Of a DNA stretch of 64,000 bases, positions 1 through 13,966 are shown one piece after another (position 1 is the stretch's first letter; each line of letters begins with the position of its first letter). The notes beneath the pieces were generated by a model. It saw only the letters and a list, made by a program, of their open reading frames with translations. It made no database searches and was not told the DNA's origin. The stretch is taken from the NCBI GenBank assembly GCA_012295275.1, contig CM022665.1, forward strand, positions 15,438,001-15,502,000. Direction: 5' to 3'. The translations under genes and the position numbers were made by a program. Source of the DNA: Chrysomallon squamiferum (lineage: Eukaryota; Animalia; Mollusca).

Positions 1-1269
1 TTAATCAGTGGCTGTTGTGTGTCAAAATATGTTCGCTGTCAAACGGTTTAGCTGTCTGTGCATGGGAAAGAGTGAGTTAATATATATATTTAATAAAAAC
101 ATTCATTTTGATTTTATTACTGGTTGCTGGCTGTGAAATTCATGGTTTTGTAATAAGTCTGCAAGAAGAAACTAGCTGCCATTTTGTGAGTTTGTGTGGT
201 AGTGTATCGCTGCCTCTTCACAAATGAACAGTTTTCCACTCTTTTACTGGGGCTTTGGTTCATCCTGATCCTGGGCTTTGGTCCATTCTGGTACTGGGCT
301 ATACAACGATTCATAAATATCCTCCGTCGAAACCTATTTAACATGGTAGCGTATTGCACCGCTTTAGATATGAACTTGCTCATCCTGTTTTGTTGGTCTC
401 TAGTCTATTCTGCTACTGGGATAAAGGACGTCTCATTATATGGTTAAAATGCCGAGATATTTATTGTTTGTCATAATGTTCCTCTCCAGAATTGTGCTAA
501 ATGCGTCACCAAAACCGCGCTAAATCCATCTCTGAAACAGAACTAAGTCCTATTCTAGATCCAGGCTACAGCCATCTGTAGAATAAGCCAACAGCCTATT
601 TTTTACAATGTAATAACCTGTTTTAGACAACAATCTATTGTACTACTGAGTAATAGGCCATTCTAGAAAAGGACAAAATTCTTTTCTTATAATCAGTTTT
701 GCTTGCCCCAGTTCTGAACAGCAGTCTGCTTTGGAAAATGTAAGGTAATGAATTTGTAGTCACAACACAGGAGTTGAGAGGAGAGAAAGCTGTCTAAAAC
801 CGTAAACAAAATATAACACAGAAGAAGAACTTGTTACTAATGATTGTTATATATCATGTTTTACACGGTGCTTTACTTTTAACTCTACTTCAGTGTTTTC
901 TTTTTCTTTGATCATTCTTTGCTAACTACATCTTCCTACAGAGGCGTTTCCCCTCCCTTCTCTGTCGTGTGACAGGTTTTAGAGCTGTTGAAGAAACAAT
1001 CCTCACGTCCTTGCCGATGGTCATTTTAATACAGATAATTCTAAAATGTAATTTTTGTGGATTACTCCTAGACGTTAGACGTCAGAGACATGTATGTGTA
1101 AAGCATTATGTACAGTGTCAGAGATGGGAAAGTAATCGGCAAAATGAACACTTCAGATGTAAACTGTTTGTTAAAGTAGACCAGTGTGTTAGTGACATGT
1201 AATGATGTTATAAATATCACCCACACATTTTAGGGCGTGAAATAGATTTCTAGTTGGGTTTTTTAGATT

Positions 1270-1395
1270 CCCTCTGCTTTAGCCCCCCCCTTTGGTCTAT
1301 CTCCCCTCAGCTTTAGTCCCCCTGCTAAACCACCTCTGCTCTTGTCCCACTCTACTTTAGCACCCCTGTGCTCTAACTTCCCACAACTCTAACGT
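1270..1395. repeat. Degenerate C-rich ~16-bp minisatellite
   Basis: Repeated CCTCTGCTTTAGCCC-like units (ctcagctttagtccc, cctctgctcttgtccc, ctctactttagcacc, ctgtgctctaacttcc). Confidence 0.65.
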
Positions 1396-1719
1396 CTGAC
1401 ATTTCTTTGCAGTCAGAATATTTCCTTCATTTGTCCTGCCTTCACGTTTCTTCGCTAATGACGCTGATATTCACAGCAACGGTACAGATAAAACTTAGTT
1501 CAGGTTAAAGCACACACCTCTCTATGACACTACGATTTATCATCATTAAAGGCAGTGAGTGTAATACAAATTAGCTGCACATCAGTCTGTAACATGCTGA
1601 TGTTATCTTCGTTTTATTGATGGTCTCTATAAGGCTTTAGCTTAATGTGTATGATACACAATTCCGTACTATTAACGTATTAAACGAGCACCTCTCTCTC
1701 TTTCTCTGTATAATTATGT

Positions 1720-1758
<39 letters not shown>

Positions 1759-3169
1759 TGTTTTCAAAATAATTGTAGTAAAAAAATATAGTTTAACAAA
1801 AGTTAAGAAGACATAATTTGAATAAAAAATTAATAATACAAACAATACTCTAAAATATATATATATATTTTAAAATTAAAAATTACAAAATTAAATTAAT
1901 AAATAACGATATAGTCCAAATTTACTGGTAGATAATATTTTGAAAATGATAACAATAACCATACATCTTGTTTGCTTCACTGAGATTAACAAACTAAATA
2001 TGACCGGTCTTCGCGCTACCGCCTGGCCTAACAAACAGAAGTGAACAGGCGATACGATATCACATCAGAACGTCTTCAAACATTTTTCAATTGCTTCGAT
2101 ACAGCGTGCACACTCCCTCTCGTCGCCTTGTGCTTACACCTTTGCCCTCTTGTGGACTCAAAATGTGCCAACTGGCACGATACGAACGCGAGCGGATGCA
2201 CACTGAAAAAAGATAACGTGACCCGTGCAGATAACCCGACGCGCAGAGCCGGTCACAATGGGAAAACTAAAACGTTTTTAATCTCAGACATTGTTTTCTG
2301 AAAGACTACGATTGCGAGACCTCCAGCTCACGAATCTGAACGACCGAGTCGTTGTTCGAGTCGTAAGGGGTAACAGGATTCTTTGCGTTTTAGCTATGGT
2401 TGTAGGTTTTCTTCAAAAGACAAAAAAAATCGGCCTGAAGATACAGTTTCTGTGATTGCATGTTTGTACTAAATAAATTCGAAATTCAACCGTCAACAGT
2501 TTATTTTGGAGCAAATATTTGAAGAAAACAACAATGTTGGGAGTTATTTGCTTTTACGCATTTTTGGAGATAGTCTGTATGCGGTAATATGTTACATAAC
2601 ACCACGGGGGTCTTTGGGATTTCGTGAGAAATATGTAATTAAAAGACCACGCCCGTTGACAAAATATGTATATCCCATAACAGAAGGAAAACAATTCCTG
2701 TTATCTGCATTTAGCGATCACAGCGATAAATAGCCATCTTCATTACATATTTTTACAGAATTATTTTTCATAATAATCCTTTTTATTGAAAAAAATAAAA
2801 TAAATAAAAAATAGATCCTTTTTTGGCGGTCCCCGTAACTGCAAATGTTCTGCGGCCGTATTGATTTCAAATATTCAGTCCGTTATTTTGAAGTCAAATT
2901 TACCGCAAAAATTCTGTTCATTAATATGCAGACATACTAAACGTAAAAATTTGCAAGGCTTTCTCAATTAAATGTATCAGAAAACAAGTTTTGGATGTCA
3001 GTAAAATATGTCCCCTGGCTATAGCCCACCTGCAAAGATGAAAGAAAATAAAAAACCAGTTACTCAAGTTATCTAACACTGACAAGTCTTTGATTTGTCA
3101 ACAATAAACATTTAATTATTTAATTTACGAGGCCATTCTGATGCCAGTATTTCTGTGGAATGTGCCTTT

Positions 3170-3279
3170 CTCAGTTTCTGTGTGTGTGTGTGCATGTGTG
3201 TGCGTGCGTGCATGCATGCGTGTGTGTTTGTGTGTGTCTCTTTGCGTGTCATTCTATTTCTGTTTCTCATTAAGTCATC

Positions 3280-3369
<90 letters not shown>

Positions 3370-3381
3370 TCTTTCTCTCTC
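3170..3381. repeat. Compound (GT)n / (CT)n microsatellite
   Basis: Direct reading. Confidence 0.95.
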
Positions 3382-4073
3382 TGAAGATGTGGTATGCGAG
3401 CAATTATATAAATAAATTTAGTTTTATTTAACGAATTTTAGTTAAATAATAGTAATGTTATCAATATCTTTATTATCTTTATCATCAGCTCTTACTTTTC
3501 TTCTTCTTCTTCTTCTTGTCGTTTTCATCATTATTAAACAGACCCTAAGCAAGCATACACAAACCAAAATCAGCTTTACCCTTCCTTTATGTTCATTAAC
3601 ATACACCAGTCTTACACATCAACAACAACACTATACGTTGTTTTTCAGTCACGATAAAGAGGTCTTTAATAACATCCACACCTCTGCTTAATCAACAAGT
3701 CACATTATACTTGGCTGAATACGACTGGAATTTCGGTTTTCAGGATCAGCTCAGTTTTAACGACACTCACGTCTCTGTGTTCATTGTCATAAAAACACAC
3801 ACGAGAATACTCATCTGTGTTAATAAGCCCAATGAAAACAGGTTTATTTTTGTTATTTTCTTATTTTCGTATCTGATGACCATCCGACCTCCGGGTAATT
3901 TAGATATTTATCTATCGCCAGAAAGGTGATGTTTTCAGGTACGTGTTTAGTGTTAAAGTACCAGATTTCACGATAACTTTTAAATACTGGGAGTGAAAAT
4001 CCAATACTACTTTATAGCGACAAGATGACTTTTTGATATTGTTTATAAACTTATCTAATTTCTGAGATGGTTT

Positions 4074-4320
4074 CTGAAAGTCGAACACTATTAACGCGCC
4101 TATAGAATGACTTGTCGACATTTTATTATTATTTAGAGTATCCGATTTTTATGCATCGATAGTTAAAATTCAAGAATATTAATGCGCCTTTATAATGACT
4201 CTATCTACATTGATTACCGTTTATACATATCTTGACTGAAAGTCCTTAACTATTAACGCGCCTTTAGAATGACCTGTCGACATTTTATTACAGCTTAGAG
4301 AGTGTCTGTTTTTACGATGA
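4074..4320. repeat. Degenerate tandem triplication (~75-90-bp unit)
   Basis: Core TATTAACGCGCCT(A/T)TAGAATGAC(T/C)TGTCGACATTTTATTA at ~4089 and ~4251, with a more diverged copy at ~4177. Confidence 0.85.
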
Positions 4321-5123
4321 CTTACTGCGGCTTGCAGAGCTGTTAAAGCTGACTCGATTACTATCGTATAGTCAGCATTTAGGACAGCGGCATTGTCGAA
4401 TTCAGTTTCAACATGGGGCTTTATAGGAATTATATTTTATTGATGTATTAACACAAATGAATTGAGCACAAATCGTTCAATTAATCCCACACTATTTTAC
4501 ATAATTTTCGCATTTCATATAATGAACATTCGACCCCCTTCTATTCACGGTTATTCGTATTTCAGCACTGTCCTTCGTGAAAGGTCATTTTTAGGGTCAT
4601 TCCAAAATAACAACAACATAGCAGCCGTGAATTTATTTTAGGTGTGCAAAAATAAAAATATGGTGAGCAATAAATTAACAGGGGGAGAGATGACTGGTGC
4701 ATACCATAGATCAGTATATAAGAAAACAATATGTAAAACGTACACCCTTGGTATTGCGACCGTCTTTTAAAAAAAAGCTGACACTGCGAAACAAGAAGAA
4801 TATTTTCGCACTCTTCAAACTCATATAAAAGACAGCGAATGCAAGCATGGCCTGATTTACGTATAAAGTTACTGCTGAGGGCTTCAAATTACAGGGGATT
4901 TATTTTAATTTCAGTTATTTCACAATATTATTCTCTGTTGACATTAACGAAAAATTTAAAAAACCCAAGTCTTGTTATACAGGGTCTTTAATGTTTTCCA
5001 TAGTTCAGGACCTCAGAAAACCTAAATCCGGCCTCGACTAAAGACAGAACTGCACGTGTGGGAACGGGAAATAGCTGTGAGAAAAACTGGAAGGAAACAA
5101 TAAATAGCTCTACAAGTACACAT

Positions 5124-5190
5124 GGTGGGACTGATCCAACGACCTGATATTCCTGAGGTGAGCGATTTAACCTCGCAAAACCGCGGCTTC
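5124..5190 (-). mobile_element. Highly degenerate tRNA-like SINE head
   Basis: Minus strand GCCGCGGTTTTGCGAGGTTAAATCGCTCACCTCAGGAATATCAGGTCGTTGGATCAGTCCCACC has tRNA-like spacing of a decayed A box (..GGTTAA..CGCT) and B box (GGTCGTTGGATCAGTCCCACC vs GGTCGTGGGTTCGAGTCCCACC). Confidence 0.4.
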
Positions 5191-5934
5191 CTGTACAACA
5201 CGACACTGATACAAAAAAAAAAAAAAAAAAAAAATGATAATAATAACAATAAAAGAGTGTACACGTATTGTACAAAAGCTGTTTGACAGTATTTATTGGG
5301 TGGTGAAAATGTCGCCTTGCTTATGAATGCCATCAGTGACTAACAAACTGAGCAGATGTCGTTTTAGAGCTGCAGGTGCAAAATCGGGGCTTTTCTTACA
5401 GTTAAATGCAGATACTTACACGCTGTTAAAAAAATAATTAATGTCAGATTCTGCGTGCGATATGCTGTCAATTGACATTATGAGCTTTTTAAAGCTGTGA
5501 TTAAGGTCTCAATAAAAGCTAAAATACCACTATATTCTGTCAGTCCCTACGTCTATGTGTCTTTCTGTTCCTCGTGTATAGTGTGCTGAAAGAAGTGTGG
5601 TATAAAACTAATGTATAGTCTGTCCTGTCTTTCTGTTTTCCTTTCAGTACGCTGTTTACACAGTGGTTAAGACCCAATGAACTATATACATTTACAAAAG
5701 AGAATATTTTGTCTGTCTTTCTGTAACTAAACTAGAAAAGTAATAAAGAAAGGCTAAATGTTGGGGTTTTTTAATTCTTTTTTTTTTCTTTTTTTTTTTT
5801 TTTTTCTTTTTTTATTATGAATGTTGAAAATATTAAAGTTTTAGAATGTAATATATTTTTTGTAAAGATGATTATTAATTATGAATTAAAGTGATACAAT
5901 TAAATTAATGACATTTCTGCCTTGCTTTCAATAA

Positions 5935-6275
5935 TTAGTTTTGTATATCGCGAGTTTTACTAGATCTAGTTTTCTATATCATGTTTTACTAGAGCTGATT
6001 TTCTGTATCGTCTGTTGTATTAATTCTAGCTTTCAATGCAGGCTGTTGTACTACAGCTAGCTTTGCTATGGGCTGTTTCACTAGAGCTAGTTTTCAGTGT
6101 CGTCTGTTGATTAGAGCTTTCTTTCCTGTCGTCTGTTTTACTACATTTAGCTTTCAAATCATCTGCTTAACAAGATCTTATTTTCTAAATCATCATTTTG
6201 ACTAGACTAGTTTTCTATATCGTCTGCTTCAAGAGAATTAGCTTCTTCTTTTTTTCCAGTCTGCTGATCAACTAT
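5935..6275. repeat. Degenerate ~30-31-bp minisatellite, ~11 units
   Basis: Approximate consensus CTAGTTTTCTATATCGTCTGTTTTACTAGAG. CTAG..TTT and GTCTG/GCTG blocks recur at a ~30-bp period. Confidence 0.8.
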
Positions 6276-6554
6276 AACGTTTATGATTCCCCACCAGGGT
6301 TGACTTCCTGTGCAGTTGTTTCGTTTACCACATGCAGGGCATGTAATTTGCTCGGGGCTACCTTACGTCAGTCACTCGTTGAACCATGATTTCAAATCAG
6401 AGTTCGGAAAGTAACGAAAGCAAGATGAGGTAAAAAAAAAAAAAAAGTGAAGAAGACAGAAGAAATTAGGGGATAAAAAATAAAGAAAGAATAAACGTGG
6501 AGATAAAAAAAAAAAAGAAAAAAGACGAGGATATAAATAAATGAAGACTGATAA

Positions 6555-6562
6555 ATAGATAC

Positions 6563-6607
<45 letters not shown>

Positions 6608-6632
6608 CAGATAGATAGATAGATAGACAGAC

Positions 6633-6689
<57 letters not shown>

Positions 6690-6783
6690 TGTAGAGAGAA
6701 TGAATTTGATTCTTTATTACTGAATTTTTTTTCGGTAACTTCGAAGGATTTTGAAACTTTTATTATTTCGTTTTCTTTTATTT

Positions 6784-6854
<71 letters not shown>
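6555..6854. repeat. (GATA)n 6555-6689 and (CT)n 6787-6854 microsatellites
   Basis: Direct reading. Confidence 0.95.
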
Positions 6855-6857
<3 letters not shown>

Positions 6858-7526
6858 AAGTAATTTTAGAAGATTAAACATTTTGGCTTTAATTCTCATC
6901 GTAATCAACTGAGAATTCTTTCATTGTTACGCTTATCAGTACGGCTTGTCACCCCAAACACTGTCAACAGTTTTGCAGTCGAACACACCTTTTGTGACGT
7001 TCTCAACAGAAAGAAATACGTACAAGAGGCACAATAGCTTTTTCTTTGTGTCTTTTGACCATCAGCAAATGTTTTTGACGTCTGCGCATTCCTACTCTCA
7101 CGCATCACAATGTGCACACCACGAGTCTTTTCACGGTGTAGCAGGCTTCACGTAACACCGACAACGGCCGCAAAGAAGAAAAAAAACCCACACACACTTA
7201 CAGTCCATAAAACAAGTTTTTGTTCTATTAGAAATTACCGCATGGCGTGTTGAGTGTTTTCTGCTCGAGAAAAGAAGAAAAAAAAAAAAAATGTGTGTCA
7301 ATCTGTTAGAAACGAAAATCTGTTTTCGGGGACAAATAGGCTTTCTTCTTCTTCTTCTTCTTCTTCAATTTTTTTCTTTTTCATTTTATTTTTTTTTTTT
7401 TTTTTATTTTTTAGAAAATGAAAAAATATATGAAAAATAATCTGGTAATTTAATGGTCGCAGTTATGACTGAATTCACAAGTAGGTTTAGTTATGAGTTT
7501 TGTACGGTTATGCTTTACACAGCATA

Positions 7527-7557
<31 letters not shown>

Positions 7558-8281
7558 TGTCAGCAGGTAATGTCTGTGTGTATGTTGTTTTTGTATGTGG
7601 TTGTATCTATCTCTCTAGTTGCAAATGGATGAAAGATCCCATCAGTGACTTTAAACTTTAGAATCACTTACTCACTCATCCATCTCAGTTTGTAACCCAC
7701 TCTTTTTGATTTTTGTCTGTGCGTGTGTGTGTGTTTGTGCATGCATACTAATCCATGTACTTGTGCGTGAATATGTATATATTATAATTATCTCTTTTTT
7801 GTATAACTTGCCTACCAACCTGCCTGCCCATCTACCTATCATCTATCTATTTCTCTGTTTAAACTAATCTAATATTTCTATCTTTCTATCTGTCTGTCTG
7901 TGTGTCTGTGTGTCTGTCTGTCTATCTGCCTAAATACAAAAATAAAAAAATATATATAAATGTAAAATATAATGTAAAACTTCAAGCTCTCTTCACGAGT
8001 GGAATAAACAGGTGTAAAATATTCACCGTTTTTTGTGTCCAGGTAAACATGTAGATGTATCTATGGATATGTTTAATGAAGAGCAACCATTTAATACATT
8101 TGTACAGTATATCGTTTATAACCTTCACGAAATGTTCAGCTATAGTTCACTAAAGAAATAAAAAAAGAGAAAAAAAAGAGCAAAGATAGTGTTACCGACA
8201 GCGAACTCAAGAAATGGATTCGTTATGAAAAATATATGACTCTGTCTCCTTCATCTTTCTATCGATATTTCTTTCAACCGT

Positions 8282-8350
8282 TCTCTCTCCCTCTCTCTCT
8301 CTGTTTCTGTTTCTATCTCTCTCTGCTCTGTTTCTCTCTCTCTCTCTCTC

Positions 8351-8432
<82 letters not shown>
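8282..8432. repeat. (CT)n microsatellite, interrupted
   Basis: Direct reading. Confidence 0.95.
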
Positions 8433-8435
<3 letters not shown>

Positions 8436-9538
8436 GATGTGTGTGTGTTTACTTCCCTGATAAGAGATAACATTTAATCTGTTTGTCTTTCCGTTTTTCC
8501 TTCTATCAATAAAATAACGAATTACATACAAAACGTCGGAAATTAGTCTTATAGATGCTTTGAGCACACTTCTGAATAACAAGATAAAAATGGTTCTGCG
8601 TTTAAATTTTTTCTTTTTCTTTTTCTTTTTATTATTTTTTTAACGCTAATAATGTAAGATGATCTTAACAAATACAGTCTATTTTCACGCTGATCTGTAT
8701 AAATAATGTAAACACACACACAGTTCGAGATATCGCAATTCCTTTCATTCTAACTGTCCCTCAATTTCAAAGGTAAACTGCTCACCATCTCCGCTGACAA
8801 ATTAGTCTGCCTTTGGTGGGCTGTCGTATCAAAACAAGGCACAATCTTGCAGCGTGGATGTCGGATTACATTTTAAGATGTAAACAAACATTAACTGCAT
8901 TTTCAGATCTATGGTCTCGCTTTGCTTATGATAAATCATCGAAGAATAGATTCATGGCTCGAGGCGGTGCGCCTTTTAAAAGGAGGAGATGAAAGAATAT
9001 GATAAGTAGTCCTGTCCGAGGAACGAAAATGTCGTCTGCTGCGGTTAAGTCGATGGCAGCCGCAGAAATCTGACGATATGTTTGTCAAACATCTCCGTAG
9101 ACGACTGAGCCGTTCTGATCACCGTCTTTAATGCCGTGAATTAACAGAAATGGACGGTAACCAAGACATTTTTCAAACCATAATCCCCTAAAATGTATGA
9201 AATTATATTTTCAAGGACTTTTGTGATGAAGGGAGATCGATCCTAGACTATGACTTTTCTTGTCAATCTCCCGTTATAACCAGTGTTATATATTTGATAT
9301 TCAACGTATGTTAAAATGGTAAAATGTTATGTTTGAGGGGAAGTATGTTTCGCCAGTAAAGGTAAAATGTTTGATATTTGATATGCAACTATAAATTTTT
9401 GTTGTATCATTGAACAACAACAACGACGACGACGTCGACACCATCACAGGCTTTGAAAATTAAATTTAAACTGGCACTTGAACTTCGGATTATATCATAA
9501 TCAGCAGCAGTAGCATTATATAATATTATTATTTTTAT

Positions 9539-9598
9539 GTTACTGCAACAACATCAACCAGTACTACTGTTACTGCAACAACATCAACCAGTACTACT
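9539..9598. repeat. Exact 30-bp tandem duplication
   Basis: GTTACTGCAACAACATCAACCAGTACTACT x2 inside a TAC/TGC low-complexity tract. Confidence 0.9.
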
Positions 9599-9997
9599 AC
9601 TACTACAACTGCTATTGCTACGACTGCGACTGTTACTGCTGCTACTACTATAACATGTATTATACCACAATGCTCTTTTTTTTTGTAACAAAACAGATAC
9701 CTTAAAAAAATAAATTAAATAACCTTACAGGTAAAATCATTTACGAGATGTTTAGTGGTGGTGAATTTTTATTTATTTATTTATTTATTTATTCTCCCCC
9801 CCGCCACCCCGTCAGATTTAACTAAAACCAGACAAACTCAAATCTGGCGGTGGTCTTTATAAACGAAAACACATTCTCCTTCTTTGTACTTCGATGTATT
9901 CCATTTGTAATTCTTTGAAAAATATTCTAACGGTTCACACTTGCTTGCAGTGGACTTGTCCCCTCGCTTAAAGCGAAATATGACTATGTTCTGTCTA

Positions 9998-10098
<101 letters not shown>

Positions 10099-10573
10099 AT
10101 TTTATATCTCAACGTGTTTAATATATCCGACATCTGTGAATGAAACCAGATGAGGAATGTCTTTATTAAAAGCACAATGAGTCGAGTAATTACAGAGGTG
10201 TAACCGACTGAGTAATAAAACCAGTTCACAGAATTACATCGCCGATGCATTTTATTTACCGTATTAAATGGAGAAAAAAAAGGACACAGCCGATACGCGA
10301 TGCTTTGATTCAGGATTAAATGAAAAATAAGTGGAATAAAATTATACTACATTACGTAAATTTATTTTCTCTTACAAAGCTATATACAGGGTATATTTTA
10401 TATAATATGTTAATTTTTATGAATATATTTACACTGAAAATTTTTATTTTAAATTATTTACTATAAAAAATATTGGATATGTACAACACACACACCCATA
10501 CACATACATATTATGTGAAACATGTATAACACTTCTGACCTCCTTTGTATAATCATAAAAATTATTAAATTTG

Positions 10574-10604
<31 letters not shown>

Positions 10605-12309
10605 AAAAATACAATCTATATCGTTATCGGGCATAAAATATAAAGGGATAATCCGAGATTGGCTTTCGAACAAAATTGCAATCATCTATCTGTCCATCCG
10701 TCTATTTATCCACCAAAACTTGTAACGAGACACCAACTGCATTAACAGTGATTTCCATTTAACAGTGAATATCAGCGCACCTTAATTCTATCAGTTCGTA
10801 GTGAGGGCGCCATTCAATCGCTGATAGCCATTCGGTTTAATCATTCCATATTCACAATTGGATATTTAACTACCTCGGCATATCTTTTGCTTCGCTCAAC
10901 AATTCCACCAAACATGCAATTAATCGCAGGGCCTCGGTCCGTATTCTTCGGGGAACGCCTGAAGGACATGGGGCCGGATTAAACTCCGTCCGCGTTCGTG
11001 CCTACCACAAAGAAATAAACGCAGCAAGGTTACAACTAATAATTTACATATGAGCAAGCAGCCCTGCTTGACTCCACACAGGAAACCCTCTCCTGCAAGT
11101 CACTTCACAATATGACATGATCGCCGCTGTAAATTCAAATTGGGAGAACGGACAAAAGGTCAGCATGCAACGTAGTGGACAGTTCCAAAGGAAATGCAAT
11201 TTGCTTAGTGTTGAAGGGAAGGTTTTATGATTGTTAATATATACCAGTGAGGCGGGACATTATGAGAATTTTATTTTCTGTAAGGGTTTGTGAGTGTAAA
11301 TTTCTGGGTCTCTTGGTTAATTTTTCTTTGGAGTCGATGGAATGATGAATGTACTCCAATACAAATGATTAATTACTTTCTGTAAACGAGATCCTCACTA
11401 CATCATGAAAACACCAAAAGAGGCTGCAGCTTCATAGTCATCATCACTACCACCATCATCGTCTTCAGTAACAACATCATCAAGAAGAAGAAGAAGAAAA
11501 ACAACAACAAAACGCTCATCAAAATATTAGCAGATATAACATAGACATCATCATCATCAAAATACTACAACTTCATCGTCAGCATCACCATTATCAAAAA
11601 CAATTATTACAATTCCAGTTAGACGTTCAGTCGTACAACAGAATCAACAACGTGCGCATAATCATCAACAACAACAGCAATATCAAGAGAATGTGAAGTT
11701 TATCTGTTTATCCTTTATTATTTCAGTATTTATCTCTAGGTGGATTTTTTCTTTTATCTTTTCCTGATTCTCTTTTTTTTTAACTCTATGATTTTTTTTT
11801 CTGACTTTCTCTCTCGGTAAAATGCACACATGCTCTCTCTGTGTCCATAACAGTTACACACACACACGCACAGAAACACACACAAACGAACAAATACTCA
11901 CACTTTTCCTCCCTCTCTCGTAACCTATTGCCCTCCTGTCTTCCTGCACCGTGGTACCTATAAATCAGTCTATTATTACAAATTCACAGTTTACTACATA
12001 GAGACATTAAAAGCTAGGAGATGTCGAATTTTTATTTCCATTGAATGTATCACTTGCCTTTTTGTTTTACTTACAACATTTATCTTCAGCTGGTTCGTGT
12101 CTTTTAACTTCGTGTTACCTTTCAAGATCCTAGGTGTGTTTGTTAATTAAATTTCACCTGTAGAGCGATGTTCTAACATTTCTCATGATGTTTTGATAAC
12201 TGCATTTACTAGTAGTGATACCAGTAATTATACTCTGAAATATACAGTGTGAAATGTTCGATATAATTACACAAGTATGCAATATTTAAAATATATGTGT
12301 ATGTATGTA

Positions 12310-12490
12310 TATTTTAGGATTTTGAATATCCTCTGTCTTATGTACGTCTGACTGGACTCTGCACAAAGACAATATTCAATCACGACCTCAGAAACCCGTC
12401 AAATGCCGCTGACGAGACTCGAACGTATGGCAGCCCGCACTTCGAAGGCTGAAACGTTACCGTTTGGCCATCAAGACAGTAATGCTTGGG
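12310..12490 (-). mobile_element. tRNA-derived SINE, copy 1 (internally deleted)
   Basis: Minus strand: GTCTTGATGGCCAAACGG (A-box-like, 12460-12470) ... CGTTCGAGTCTC (B-box-like, 12414-12425), then a body and a (TACA)n-like tail. Aligns over ~170 bp with 20716-20930. Confidence 0.7.
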
Positions 12491-13514
12491 TATGTGTATA
12501 TGGATATATATATATATATATAATTATGTGTATGTATATGTATATGAATGAATGGATGGATGGTTGGAAGGATGAATCTGCAGTTAGATGAATGGATTAA
12601 TGGATGCATCAATTTATGTTTGTATGTATATATGTTTGAATATGCATGTGTGTCCGTGTATTCTCGAAAACTATTTCTTACATATCATTATTATATAGGT
12701 GGAGAAAAAAAATTACTGCCGCATTGTTGGAAAGTACAAAGACATAAAAGTCAACTAACAAACAAAACGAGAAACGTTATACAACAAGTGTTTAATATCA
12801 TAACTTAGTTGACCGGCCTTTAAAACCGTCCTGACCTACAAAATGCGGTAGACATAAATATATAAACTACTGTAAATTTCACACAACCGGTATTTTACTA
12901 CGGGGACGAGTTTCATTTCAAAGAGAACGAAACAGAACGTGATGGATGGAGACAGGAGAACCACGTAAATAAAAACAAAAACAAAATGTTTGTGTCTGGT
13001 ATGTCAGAACATTAACTGTAAAGAAGAATTTAGTTTTATTGGAGAACACTGATATTGACGCTGCCGCCACGACGAAAACGTCAATTAAAAATGTCGTAGA
13101 CTGAGACCGATAATAAAAAGGAAGAGAACAGACAACCTTGTCAGACACCTATCGCGACTTTTAAATATTTTTATTTGTTGTGTCTGTTGATAACGAAACT
13201 CGTAAACATTAATGTAGTGTTGGACCCTTGTCTCTTGCTGTCGTTAAACACCTACTATTATTCCTGGGATAGACCGTGGGATCAAATCTCGTCATGTACT
13301 TAGAAGGTTATTTAAATTATTTTTCTCTGCTGTGTTATTGAACTGATTCTTTCTGGACTTTTTACAGTCAAAGTGAGTTTATCACGATTGTTTTATCAGT
13401 TGTTTGTTCTGGTATTGCTTTTTTTTCTTTCTATGGGAAGGTGTAGAAATATCAAACTGGATAAGTAAACCGTGGATGTTTTCAAAGATTTTCTTTTCTC
13501 ATTATCCCCCACCA

Positions 13515-13614
13515 CACACACACATACATACACATACATACATACATACATACATACATACATACATACATACATACATACATACATACATACATACATA
13601 CATACATACATACA
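13515..13614. repeat. (TACA)n microsatellite
   Basis: Direct reading. Confidence 0.97.
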
Positions 13615-13927
13615 GAGAATACAATATAAAGGTAGGTTTAAAATGTGTTTAAAAAAAAAGATTTAATCATTTTGCCTTAACATGAATAAAGGAATAATTA
13701 CTTAATATTAAAACAATTTATGTTAAAGACAATGCATATATAGATATTCGTATTATATATGGGAATAGAGTTTGAATGGAAAAATAATTACCACCACTCA
13801 AGTGACTATTTTTTACAGATTATCATATCATTTGTTCAAACTGCCATACACATTAAGCACATAGTATGGACTATGATCCACCAGAAATTTAATATTGCTT
13901 ATAACGGAAATTAGACTAGCAATAAAC

Positions 13928-13966
<39 letters not shown>

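Noticed and set aside
240-425. Minus-strand frame VSTEDIYESLYSPVPEWTKAQDQDEPKPQ* as a terminal exon; ORFs 117-383 and 196-447
   Set aside because: Only a weak acceptor precedes it, no recognisable family, and the CCCAGTA(C/G)CAGAAT block recurs nearby, suggesting a degenerate local repeat.
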